The notes under the pieces: model-generated
Databases searched by the model: none
What the model saw: only the letters and a program-made list of their open reading frames with translations
Told to the model about the DNA's origin: nothing
NCBI RefSeq assembly: GCF_028641065.1
Contig: NC_073400.1
Coordinates: forward strand, 23,560,001-23,624,000
DNA: 64,000 nucleotides
DNA from: Leucoraja erinacea
Taxonomy: Eukaryota
Direction: 5' to 3'
Translations under genes and position numbers: made by a program
Shown: in pieces, positions 1-12,330 of the stretch
How positions within the stretch are numbered: the first letter of the stretch is position 1
Layout of the letters: the number at the start of each line of letters is the position of its first letter

Positions 1-124
1 TGGTCTTAGCCTCTCCCACTAGTGGAAACATCCTCTCTATCCATGCCTTTCACTATTTGGTAATAGATATGACAATTAAACACTCTTGATTCTTCTACCG
101 CAAACCCTACACGATGGTACTCAC

Positions 125-251
125 TCAGTTTCCGGGGCAAATGGATGAGGAAGTCCCGAGGACTGCTGTACACAGCAGTAGGGGGTCTGGTCTGAAATGG
201 AGGGGATAGTTCGGTTGAGCTGCGGGGAGACATGGTACAACCTGGCTCCTG
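125..251 (-). CDS. ETV7: ETV6/ETV7 (TEL-family ETS transcription factor), coding exon 2; the gene continues off the left edge
   Basis: ttttgccag acceptor and GTGAGT donor bound a 127-nt phase 0->1 exon encoding QEPGCTMSP...DFLIHLPRKL. This parallels ETV6 exon 2 (QERISY...DSIRLPAHL), just before the PNT domain. ETV7 rather than ETV6 is inferred from linkage to ADIPOR1. Confidence 0.7.
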
Positions 252-3200
252 CTGGCAAAAACAAAAATCCAAATCTGAAGAAAACATCTGCAGTTCAATA
301 AAACAAATCAAATGCAATTTTAAGGAACCTGTCGTTACGACACTAGTATCACACAATGGTACAGCTAACAGAGCAGCTGCCTCTCAACGCCGGATCAATC
401 CTGACCTCGGGTGCTGTCTGTGTGGAGTTTGCATGCTTTCTCTGTAACCTTTTTTGTTTCCTCCGAGTGCAACATTTTCCTCCCACATCCCAACGACGTG
501 CTGGTTGGTAAGTTAGTTAGCCATGCACATTGCCCTGATATGTAGATGAGTGGTAGATACTGGGGCAAGTTTATGAGAAAGTGGGAGACCAAAGGAAATG
601 GGATTAAAGTAAATTGCTGACATCAGGATACTTGAAAACTCTGAATTCCTGCAATGCAAACTTCAATGTGATAACATTCTACAAACATATTTCATGATAC
701 GTGTATGATACAAACAGAGCAATGTAAATGTGGCTTTGTAGAGGTCCTATCATATTCCCTACACTGCCCTAACCCGTACAATGCCAACACACCTATTTCA
801 AAGTGTTATCCCTGAATTAACACGAGTACAGAGAAAGATTGTGTTTTGCAGGAATTTATTGTATGTAAATTGTCCGTCGTGGTTTCCACATGGAACGGAG
901 GGCTGAGGTGAAGAGCTTTATCCTGTGAGGTGATTAAACAGTCAGACACAAAATGCTGGAGTAACTCAGCGGGTCAGGCAGCATCTCTGGAGAAAAGTGA
1001 TAAGTGACAGATTGAAACCCTTCCTCAGACTCCACGAGTCTTCTGAAGAAAGGTCTCAACAGAAAAGGTCACCTGTTCCTTTTCTCCAGAGATGCTGCCT
1101 GTCCCGCTGAGTTACTCCAGTATTTTGTGTCTATCTTCGGTGTAAACCAGCATCTGCAGTTCCTTCCTACACAGTTAATTAAACAGGTTGGTCTCGTACT
1201 TGCTGAGTTTACAAAGATGAGGTGAGATCTTGCTTAGATAGAAATTCTCCTTATGGGACTTGAACTGCAGATGCTGGTTTACAAAGAAAGACACAAAGTG
1301 TTGGAGTAACTCAGTGGGTCAGGCAGCATCTCTGGAAAACATGGATAGGTGACAATTCAGGTTGACACCTTTTTTCAGTCTAAAGAAGTCCCCAAATCAT
1401 TTTTTTTAATGATTTTCTCTTAGTTGCTATGTTCTGAATTGGGAATCACAGTCTTAAAATAAATTGCTCATTACTCTGGACAGAGATAACAAAATATTTC
1501 TTCACTTGGAGTGTAGTAAATCTTCAGTACTCTCAACACAAGATCTGTGAAGGCTTCGTCACTGAGTATATTCCATTTTATGGCATATTTTATTTTCCCC
1601 TCTTGACATTAGGAGGCCATTCGGCCCATCAAATTTAAGGCAGCTCTTACAGCGCTCCCAGCAACTTCCACATTTCCCTGTAGCCAATTTTTTCTCACCT
1701 GCCCATTTAACTCAATGTCACAGCTGGTACATCTGCTGCCTCACAGTGCATGAGAACCGGGTTGAACATTAACCTTGGATGCTGTCTGTGTGGAGTTTGC
1801 ACATTCTCCCTCTGACAGTAGGGAGTGGATGAGAAAATAGGATAACATCGGGCTAGTCCAAATGGGTGATCGAGGGGGGCCAAAGAGCCTGTTTACATGC
1901 TGCATCTCCAAACTAAATTCCAATGTGGTTCTTTTACCATCCACTCAAAGCCAATAAAACAAGGAACCAGCACATCTATGGGATGCAGGAGGAATCCAGT
2001 GCACCTGGAGAAAACCCACACAGGTCACGGGGAGAATATACAAACTCCACAGAGACAGCACCCATAATCAGGATCAAATTTGGGCCTCTGGCGCTGTGAA
2101 GCTGCAGTTCTAGTAGCTGTGCCACTGTGCCACCCCTGTGCATTCTCATTGTGCAGGAGGCAGCACTAATACAGCAGACAAAGAGTAGGCGAGGGTGCCA
2201 GAGAAAATTTGGAACAAGGACTGTTCCAAACAGCCAAAGTCAAGTACTCCACAGTTAAGGCCCATAGAAGTGTCCATAACTACATCGTTGATATGTACAA
2301 AGTGGGAGGAATAGAAAGAGAAATTGTTGAGCAAAGGTCTAGGAGAGTTTACAGGGCAGGTCTACTGATAGATCTCGTTCAGTTTGCTCTCACCTCCTGC
2401 AAAATCGGAGAACCTCCAAAGTGACTCCAATGCACAGAATGGGCCAAAATGTTTGGACCGAATATGATGCCTGGTTAAACTAATTTCATCTGCCTGTACA
2501 TGATCCATATCCCTCTATCTCCAGCATTCCCTTGAGCCCATCTTAAATACGCAAACATCACTTTCATATCTGCCTCCATCACCACCCCAACACAGTGTAA
2601 AAACACTTACCTTGCACATCTCTGTTAAACCTTCCACCTCTCACCTTATACCTGCGCCCTCTAGTGTTGGACATTCCCACCCTGGGGAAAAGGTTCTGTC
2701 CAAAGATCTTCAAGAGGAGATCTTTGGTTCTGTCTACCCTATCCATGCCTTTCACAATTGTATATACCTCTATCAAGTCTCACCTCAACCTCTGACATTC
2801 CAGAGAAAACAAACCAAGTCTATCCTATCCTGTAGCTGCCTCTTTCAAACAATATTGTAACCCCCCACCCCCCTATCAAGTTTTTTCCCAGCTCAACCTC
2901 TGACATTCAAATATTAGAGAGCAGTCCTGAGCCAAGTCTTAATTGGAGATCCGAACTTTACCTGTAGACTGAAACCCCCTTAGCATATGTGTATGCTGTG
3001 AATGGTTGCGATTGTAATCACCTATAGTCTTTCCGCTGACTGGTTAGCACATGACAAAAAGCTTTTTGCTGTACCTTGGTACACATGACAATAAACTAAA
3101 TAGCACCTTCTCCAAAGCCTCCACATCATTCCTGTAATGGGGCGACCAGAACTAGGCACAATATTCCAAAGGCAGCTTAACAAAAGTCCTATGGAGTTGT

Positions 3201-3359
3201 GTCATGACTTCCTGACTCTGCTATTCAATGCCTCTATCAATGAAGGCAAGCATAACATATACCATGTTGTGGTTATATAGTATTTCCAGCATCCCCGGTA
3301 GGTGGGTGAATGGAAGATCAGGTTTCAGGCAGACCAAGTTGCCTGACACTCCGAGATGA

Positions 3360-3870
3360 GGGAGTTTGGGGTGGGGAGAGGGGGGGGGGGGGGGGGGGGG
3401 GGTGTGGGGGTGGAGGTGGCGTGGAAGTGGGGTTGGGGGGTGTTGGGTGGGGGTTGAGGAAGTTAGAGGTGGGTGGGCGGGGAGAGGGGGGTTGAGAGGA
3501 GGTTGCCAGTTGTTGAAAGGGGGTTGGGAGGAAGGTGGAGAGGTCAAGGGACTTGGGGTGGTTGGGTGGGGAGTGGGGGCATTGGAAGGGGTGGAGGGAT
3601 GGTGAGGTTAAGGGTGTTGGGAGGGGAGGTTGAGGGAGTTAGGGTGGTTAGGAGGGTGGGGTTGGGGGTGTTGGAAGGGGGTGGAGATTCAAGGGGATTG
3701 GGACGGGAGGTTGTGGGGGTTTTGGAAGGAAGGGGGGGGGTTGAAGATTGGGGGGTGAAAGAGGTTTGGGGATGGGTGGGGAGGGTTTGAGGGTGGTGGT
3801 GGTGGGCAAGATAGTGTGGAGGGAGAGTGTGCGGGGATGTTTGTGGGTGGGATTGGGAGACTGGGTGGGG
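3360..3870. repeat. G-rich low-complexity tract
   Basis: Runs of GGG/GT/GA; the source of spurious Gly/Pro-rich ORFs. Confidence 0.85.
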
Positions 3871-3889
3871 GTCATGAGGGTTAGCTTCC

Positions 3890-4735
3890 CCACAAGAAAT
3901 CCTCGCCAAGGGACATATAGAAGTTGGGAGGTCATGTTGCAGTTGTATATGACGTTGGCGAGACTGCATCTAGAATATTGTGTTCAGTTCTGGGCAGTTA
4001 GAGGAAAGAAGGTACACACAAATGCTGGAGAAATTCAGCGGGTGCAGCAGCATTTATGGAGCGAAGGAAATAGGCAACGTTTCAGGCCAAAACCCTCTGA
4101 AGGCCTGAAGAAGGGTTTCGGCCCGAAACGTTGCCTATTTCCTTCGCTCCATAGATGACCCGCTGAGTTTCTCCAGCATTTGTGTGTACCTTCGATTTTC
4201 CAGCATCTGCAGTTCCTTCTTAAACACAGTTATAGGAAAGATATTGTCAAGCTTGAAAGGGTTCAGAAAAGATTTACGAGGATGTTGCCAGAACTAGAGG
4301 ATGTGAGCTATCGGGAGAGGTTGAGTAGGCTGGATCTCTATTCCATGGAGAGCAGGAGGATGAGGGTGATCTTATAGTGTACAAAATCATGAGAGGAATA
4401 GATCAGGTAGATGCACAGAGTCTCTTGCCCAGAGTAGGGGTATCGAGGACCAGAGGACATACATTCAAGGTGAAGGGAAAAAGATTTAATAGGAATCCGA
4501 GGGGTAACTTTTTCTCACAAAGGGTGATGGGTGTATGGAACAAGCTGCCAGACGAGGTAGTTGAGGGTGGGGCTATCCCAATGTTTAAGAAACAGTTTGA
4601 CATGTACATGGATAGGACAGGTTTAGAGGGATTTGGACCAAACGCAGGTATGTGGGACTAGTGTAGCTGGGACATTGTTGGCCGGTGTGGGCAAGTTGGG
4701 GCAAAGGGGCTGTTTCCACACTGTATCACTCTCCT
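3890..4735 (+). mobile_element. CR1 LINE 3' fragment interrupted by a palindromic Penelope-derived repeat (~4005-4226)
   Basis: Peptides LEYCVQFW, LERVQKRFTRMLP, TRGH and WNKLP, typical of the CR1 ORF2 C-terminus. Confidence 0.85.
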
Positions 4736-5379
4736 GACTCTGGCAGAGGGAGCATTGAGGGGGGGGGGGGGGGGGGGGGGCGGAGGGCGGGCCAAATGGC
4801 CTCCTCCTGTACCTATTTTCTAATATCTTAAATCAGACAGTGGTCCCAGTGGATCAGACAGGGGGAGAATGAAATCAGTCGGGGGTGTCCCCAATGGGAA
4901 GGGGGGGGGGGGGGATCAAATGGCGGTGGGGGGAGGGGAGTAGGAAGCAGACGAGGGTGTCCCACAAAGAGGGGGTAATAATAATATGGGGGCATCTGAA
5001 AATGTGGTTCCAAGGAAGGAGGTAGGACGATATCAGACGAGGGCGAGTCCGAGGAGGGGAAATAAGATGGGGGGTGAGGGGTAGGGCAAGTGGTCCGTGG
5101 AGGGGGGGGGGTAATGACCAAACAAGGGGGCACAGGGCAAGTGGTTAGCAGGCTTGTGGGGGGGGGGGGGGGTCAGATAAGCGGTCCGTGGGGGGGGGGG
5201 GGGGGTCTCACCAAAGAGAATTTAAGGAAGGGGGGGAATTGGATAATGTTGTCGGGTGGGGGTCAGACTGGGCGACGGGACAGAATAGGGTTAGACTGGG
5301 GGTGATCAGATTGGGGGACGGGACGGAATGGGGCTTAGACTGGGGGGGGGGCAGTGGGTAGAAATCCCGGGTGAAAGGG

Positions 5380-5910
5380 TTAGGGGACCCTGGGGCGCGG
5401 GGTGAGTGGGGGCTGCGGGTCCCGGGCGGATCGAGGCGGGGTTGGTGCCGCGGGGGGGGGATTACCTCTTACCTTGAGCCGGGGAACTGACTCACAGTCT
5501 GTCATGGTCCTTCCACAACTTCCAGCAGCGAACAAAAATAAATGAAGTTATCGGGGGCTCCCCGCTCGGCTCCGTAGCTCCCCTCTCGAATAACCCGGGG
5601 CAGCGACCAGGGCAGAATGGGCAGTTAGGAGGGAGAAGGTGCGAAGCCCCGGCTCTGGATAGTCACATCGCCCGCAGCCCAATTCTTCCGGGAAACAAAA
5701 TCGAAAGCACCGGATCTGGAGAAGAGGCGTGTGAGAGAGCGACACTTCCTTGGGGAACGACACTGAACCATTCAACAGGTAGAGCAGGTCACCCAGAGCT
5801 GAACAAGGCGAGCGCCAATCCCCAGCCTCGGCGAGCTAAGTTTGCAACTTGTTACCTAAGCCTGGACTGAGAAAAATACTGCCTCTTCGAACAGGTAACG
5901 CGGCGTAAGT
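5380..5910 (-). promoter_or_regulatory. CpG-rich promoter/5'UTR of the ETV gene with a GAS site and an adjacent IRF-like site
   Basis: High CpG density; TTCCGGGAA at 5686-5694 runs directly into GAAACAAAATCGAAAG. Confidence 0.55.
5473..5505 (-). CDS. ETV7: ETV6/ETV7 coding exon 1 (MTDCESVPRLK)
   Basis: accATG start, 11 codons ending in Lys, then a GTAAGA donor, within a CpG-rich region. Same length and phase as ETV6 exon 1 (MSETPAQCSIK). Confidence 0.7.
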
Positions 5911-5919
5911 AGTGCATTT

Positions 5920-5957
5920 TATACACACACATATTATAGATACATACATGCACACAC

Positions 5958-5988
<31 letters not shown>

Positions 5989-6267
5989 GGGTACACATAC
6001 ACATCGACCCACATACACACACATATAAAACCCATATACACACATATATATAAATATCACATGTGTCTAAAATATATATGTGTCTATACATTTATATTTG
6101 TGTGTGTACATATGTGTGTGTTTGTCTTTAAAATGAATTACTTTTAGTCCAAGCGGCCAGCTCGTTACCCGTTCTCTCTATCTATCTATAAATATATATA
6201 TATATATATATACTAAATATATATTATTGACACACACGCTTATGTATAATGTCGATATAATATATAT

Positions 6268-6326
<59 letters not shown>
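5920..6326. repeat. TA/CA microsatellites and a (TAGA)n tetranucleotide repeat (6268-6326)
   Basis: Seen directly in the sequence. Confidence 0.9.
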
Positions 6327-6327
<1 letters not shown>

Positions 6328-7594
6328 ATGATCTTAGTGTTTAACTAACACTACGTGGGTCTTTTCACCATGTGTGATGTTTTCAGAAATAGAACTTTAA
6401 CTGTAAGAACATTACTGGTGGGGAACTAGGAAGGGAAATGGAAGTAACAAAGCTCCACTCATTTTTGAAGTGAAACCAGAAGTTGCTGACAAAGGAGAGT
6501 TGAGGGTGTGAATTTTTTCACAGATGCGAGAGACCCGCAGCCTCTCAATTCCAGGGACCCGGGTTCGATCCCGGCCTCGGACACTCTTCATCCTTGCCTC
6601 CATCTCTTCCCTCCCCCACCCCCACCCCGGCGTGAATTTCACCTTAATTGGTACATGTGACAATAAACTGGCCTTGAAGGCGCGTGTTTTTGCGCTGTAT
6701 GAACTGGAGAATGTTAGTGATAAAAAGACACAAAGTGTTGGAGTAACTCAGCGGGCCAGACAGCGTCAATGGAGAAAATGAATAGGTGACGTTTCGGGTC
6801 GAGAGCCTCCTTCAGACCCGAAAGGTCGAAACGTCGCCTATTCCTTTTCTCCAGGGATGCTGCCTGACCCGCTGAGTTACTCCAGCATTTTGTATCCGTC
6901 TTCGGTTTAAATCAGCATCTGAAGTTCTTCCCTACACAAAAAGGAAGCGGAGATGGCTACCTACTGATAGTAAATAATAAAAGGCATGCCCGGGAGATGT
7001 GCAGATAAAAGCAAGGGAATTAAATGCATGCCTTTGATAGTTACCAGCAGCAAGCAAAATGGCCCCTTTGTGGATTACAGGAGACATTATTAAATATCAA
7101 GAGATCTTTGGACAAGTACATGGAAAGGAAAGGTTGAGATGGATATGGGCCAAATGCAGACAAGTGGGACTAGCTCAATAGGCAACTGGGTTGGCCTGGA
7201 CCAGCAGAACTGAAGAACCTGCCTCTGTTTGAGGCTGTTTGACTAAAGTAGCCAGGAACAAAAACTTCCTGATAGTCATTCAGTGTGGAAACAGGCTCTT
7301 TGGCCCAACATGCCCACACTGACCAACATGCCCCATTGCACTAGTCCCATCTGCTTGCGTTTTGCCCATATCCCTTTAAACCTGTCCTATCCATGTACCT
7401 ATCTAATTGCTTCTTAAATGTTGCAATAGTACCTGCCACATCTCCTCCTCTGGCAGCTCGTTCCATACACCCACCGGCCTTTGTGTGAAGAAGTTACCCC
7501 TTAGATTCCTATTAAATCTTTCCCCTTTCACATTAAACCTATGTTCTCTGGTTGTGATTCTCCTACTCTGGGCAAGAGACACTGTGTGTATTCA

Positions 7595-8435
7595 AAGTAT
7601 TCAAAGGTTTTTATTAGTCACATTCACATACACCGAGGTGTAATGAAGTGAAATGCTTTTTGCCATTTTGCAGTACACAAAAAAGAATACAGACATAACA
7701 CCAATGAGAGTCTTAAACACAAAGAACATCCCCCCACAATGGCTCCCACCATGAGGGAAGGCACAAAGTCCAGTCCCCAACCCCAGTTCACCCATAGTCG
7801 GGCCTATTGAGGCCTCCACTGTTGCCTCTACGGAGGCCCGATGTTCCTGGCCGTTCTCGCCGGGTGGTGGTGCTCTGGCGTCGGGAGAGTCCTCACAGCG
7901 GCCTGGGAACCCTGGAACGGCCGCCTCCGCACTCGAAGCCGACAAGGCCACGCCGGATGGAGCTCCACAACTGGCGATGTCGTCGCGAGATCCCAGGCTC
8001 CCGGTGTAAAGTTCGGCGCCGCCACCTGCAGCTGGCCGCTCCACAGTCCCGCAGCTCCGCGATGTTGTTCCCGGCGGTCTCAGCTCACTGGAGCTCCAGC
8101 GCGGCGACCCAGGCAAGGCATCGCCCGCTCCACGATAGCGCTCCAGCGCTGTGCCGCCGCCGAAGCCGAGGTTCTGGGCGGTCCGCGACAGGAAGCGCCG
8201 CTCCAGGCCCGCTGGTAGGCCGCGAGGACGGGTCGAAGCTGCAGCCCGGAGAAAAGCTGCCTCTCCGACCAGGTAGGGACCCTGAAAGGCAGTTTCCCCC
8301 TTCCCCCCCCCCCCCCCACACAAAAAAGTCTAGACCTCCAAACAAAACACTTTAACTAACTAAAAATAAAAATAAAACGGTGAAAAGACAGACAACTGCT
8401 GGCAGGGCAGCCGTGCACAGGACAGCGCCCCCTGA
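7595..8435 (-). mobile_element. GC-rich non-autonomous retroposon inserted into a CR1 fragment
   Basis: L2-like 3' tail (…gtgactaataaaacc) on the minus strand. CR1 sequence is interrupted at ~7590 and resumes at ~8440. Confidence 0.55.
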
Positions 8436-10123
8436 CATATATCGGATCTATTCCTCTCATGATTTTATACACCTGTATAAGATCACTCCTCATCCTCCTG
8501 CGCACCAAGGAATAGAGCCCTAGCCTGCTCAACCTCTCCCTGTAGCTCAGACCCTTCAGTCTGGGCAACATCCTCGTAAACCTTCTCTGTACCCTTTCCA
8601 ATTTGACAAAATCTTTCCTGTATCATGGTGCCCCAGAACTGAACACAATACTCTAAATGCGACCTCACCAACGTCTTACAGCATGTATTTCCAACCTCTT
8701 TATGATGATGAGATGTGTTTCAGAATACTTTGAAGGACAACCAAAAAATTGATGAATAAAGGCAAATAGGAATATGGAAGAGCCCACCGCAATGTTTTGA
8801 GAATACGGCAATGTCTAGACTTTGATTGTGCCAGACTAATAGATTTTCTGAGCGACTGGACGCTGCTCCTGCTAATACCCAAACACACTATTATTTTACT
8901 TTTTTATGTTACACAATGGTTGAATGAATGTTCTCGTATCTCTGCTGAGCTTAAAGGGAGCTGCAAGTAAACAAGCTCTCTGGATCCTGGCTCTGACCAT
9001 TAACCTACATGTGTTCCTGGAGACACTAGAAACTGCAGATGCTGGTTTGTCAAAAAAAAAACCCACTTGTGCTGGAGTAACTCAGCGGGTCAGACAGTAT
9101 CTCTGGAGGACATCTCTCCCCCGACTAGTGTTAGTCTGAACATCTGCAAATTAACCCTCCCTCACCTGTGTACGGCTATCACTTGCCTGGCTTTGTCCCA
9201 ACCCCAAAAGGTCACAAAGTATTGGAGTAACTTAGCAGGCCAGGCAGCAACCTTGGAGAACATGGATAGGCAACGTTTTAGGTCGAAACCATCTCACCCC
9301 CATCACTTTTCCAGCTTTGTCTCCTCTGCCACAAACAGTCTGAAGAAGGATCTCAACCCGACCCGAAACGTCGCCTATCCAGGTCCTCCAGAGATGCTAC
9401 CTGATCTGCTGAGTTGGTCCAATACTTTGTTTTGTTCTTAAGCTGTGTTCCTGATCCCTGGCCTGTCTTTAACTGGATTTGGCTGCCCATCCAATCCATG
9501 TTTCAGATCCTTGCCAGGGCCACAGTCTTGAACTTCTGACCCTCATTCTAGACTAATGCGGAAGCCAAATGCCAAACCATTGGATTTTACCACCAGTCAG
9601 GTGGTGGATTGCTGGAGTTCTACTGTAATGATAAACAGAAAAACAAATCACAGAGCTTCTGAAAGTGAAAATGAAAGGACTAGTGACGGGGAATGTGGGT
9701 CTCTTACAGTTATAGACAGAAGAATGTTCGAAGGTTCGTAGGTTCAAAGATATTTTATTGTCCTGTGTCCCAATTAAGGTACAAACTCGATTTATCATAC
9801 AGTCATACTGGTGAATATGGAATTAAACAACTATTTTGAGTCCGTTTTGATTAAAATATATGAAATATGAAAAATATGAATTCTGAGCAAATAAAATAAA
9901 TATAATAGTAGTAAAGGACTAATAAACCCCAAGGATCTGCCCATCTACACCATAGACTGCGGGAGGAGATGGAGATGGAGGCAGTGAATGGTCTGGTTAT
10001 CATGATCCAACATTCTACGGATTCTGGAGTGGTTCTTGAGTGAAGTGAAGCAAATGTGATCCCACAATTTAAGAAAGAAAGTAGAAGGAAACAGGGAGCT
10101 ACTGATATGTTGGTCTGACATCA

Positions 10124-10125
<2 letters not shown>

Positions 10126-10203
<78 letters not shown>
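10126..10203. repeat. poly-G tract (~78 nt)
   Basis: Homopolymer run; its length is probably unreliable. Confidence 0.9.
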
Positions 10204-10207
<4 letters not shown>

Positions 10208-12039
10208 GTGTCAGAGGATTTAAAGGATATGATGTCATGACACATTAAAACAATTATATGATGGATTTATGAAAGGAAAATCAAGTTTGATTAAGAATCA
10301 GGAGTCCCTTGAGTAGAACTTCTGGATATGGTGTATTTGGAGTTTCAGAAGATTTTCAATAACGTCCCACACACGACATAAAGAAGCTGGAGAAGAGAAC
10401 TTCGAAACATAGCACAGGAACGGTCCCATTATCCACAATGTCTGTGCCAAAAAAGACACCAAGTTAAATTAACGTATCCATGTTCTCCAGGGATGCTGTC
10501 TGACCCGTTGAATTGCTCCAGCATTTTATGTGTCTTTCCTTGGTAAACCAGCAAACCTAAACTAATCTCCTCCACCCACATGTGATCCATATCTCTCCTT
10601 TCCCTTCATTGCTAAGTGCCTATTTACAGTAAAAGCATTTTAAAAGCTGCTCTCCTATCTGTTTCCACTACCACTCTTGGCAGTGTGTTCCAGGCTTCCA
10701 CCACCCTCGTTGTAAAAAAACAACTTCCCCCCCCACATTTCCCTTAAACCTTTCACTCCTCTGACCTTAAAGCTATGTCCTCTGGCCTTTGATATTTCCA
10801 CACTGAGAAAAAAAATCCTGGTGCATGATTTGCAAGTGCAGCATGTTGCAACATAACACCCCCACTTCTAAATTCAATAGGTAGACACAAAATGCTGGAG
10901 TAACTCAGCGGGACAGGCAGCATCTCTGGAGAGAAGGAATGGGTGACGTTTCGGATCCCGCTGAGTTACTCCAGCATTTTGTGTCTACCTTCGATTTAAA
11001 CCAACATCTGCAGTTCTTTCCTGCACATTCTAAATTCAATACCTTGACTGATGAAGGCCAATGTGCCGAAAACCTTCTTGACCAACCTACCACTTTGGTT
11101 GAAGGCTGGTACTTGTTTACAACCAATGGTTCCAATTACGGTAACTCCAATTGAAGCCTGGGTTAAATTGGGACTATGGAACCACACATACAGGGTAGCA
11201 CAAAAATAGACCACTCAGCCCAATGGGACCATGTCAACATTCAAGCAGCTACCTTTTTGCACCATTCCTACCCTAACTCATTTTATTCACCCCACATTTC
11301 CATCAACTCCCTCCAGATTCTACCACTTACCTACAAGCTAGGTCCAATTTACATTGGCTAACTAACCCAGCAACCTGCACACATTGAAGGTGTGGGAGGA
11401 AACCGGAGCATCCATTGAAAACTCAAATAGTCACAGGGAGCGCACGAAAACTCCACGCAGTAAGCACCTGAGGTCAGGATTGAAGTTGTCTCAGTGGAGT
11501 TGTGAGGATGTGGCTCTTCCACAGTGCCACCCATGTTCCAGTAAAATTATAGTGACATGTAGCATGTCTACAGAAAATGGGTGGACAGGGAACTGGTACC
11601 AAGTTTAATAACTATTGAATAAGAAAAGAAAATATAAACACAGTATAATGTGAAAACATAATAGCCTTGTTAAATTAGCAAATGGCAAAAAATGGTGGAG
11701 TTACCGACAGTAAAGAAGGCCGTGAAAGGCTGTTTATTCACAATGGCGGTCTTGGGCTATTTAATTGATCAGCAGAGAGAAATCTATGTATAGATCACGT
11801 ATAGTCTTTCAGCTACTAGTTAGCATGCAACAAAAGTTTTTCACTGTACCTCGGTACACGTGACAATAAACTAAACTAAACCTAATCTGTGGACTGGGGT
11901 GAGCTGTGCAGATGAAGAGAGTGGGTGCCAGCAACATTCAGACACAGTTTCAGACACAGCAGTGTGTGGTGGTGTGGAAGGCTGTAATTTGTACCAAGAT
12001 TCTGATTCAGCAGCGGTGTGAACCAGGGTTCCATAATGC

Positions 12040-12330
12040 AGGGGGCAGCACGGTGGCATAGAGGTAGATTTGCTGCCTTTGCAGTGCTAGAGATCCGGGT
12101 TCGATCCTGACCATGGGTGCAGTCTGTATGCAGTTTGCGTGTTCTCCCTGTGCCAACGTGAGTTTTTCCCGGGTGCTCCGGTTTCTTCCCACACTCCAAA
12201 GACATACAGGTTTGTAGGTTAATTGGCTTCAGTAAAGATAGTGCAAGTTGTATGGAGATCGCTGGTGGGTGCAGACTCAGTGGACCAAAGAGTCTCTTTC
12301 CATGCTACATCTCTAAACTAAATTAAACTA
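12040..12330 (+). mobile_element. tRNA-derived V-SINE (HE1-like). Other copies lie near 350-600, 1965-2135, 41460-41780, 49600-49920, 51080-51340 and 59700-59910.
   Basis: tRNA-like head with A/B boxes (GGTGGCATAG…GGTTCGATCC), V-domain-like TGTGTGGAGTTTGCA core and CTAAA tail. Confidence 0.8.

Noticed and set aside
3221-5305. Pro/Gly-rich ORFs
   Set aside because: Products of G-rich low-complexity DNA.
7601-8355. Several overlapping 120-240 aa ORFs
   Set aside because: GC-rich retroposon interior inserted in CR1; no recognisable domain.
12040-12115. tRNA gene
   Set aside because: Degenerate tRNA-derived SINE head continuing into SINE core and tail; no intact cloverleaf.
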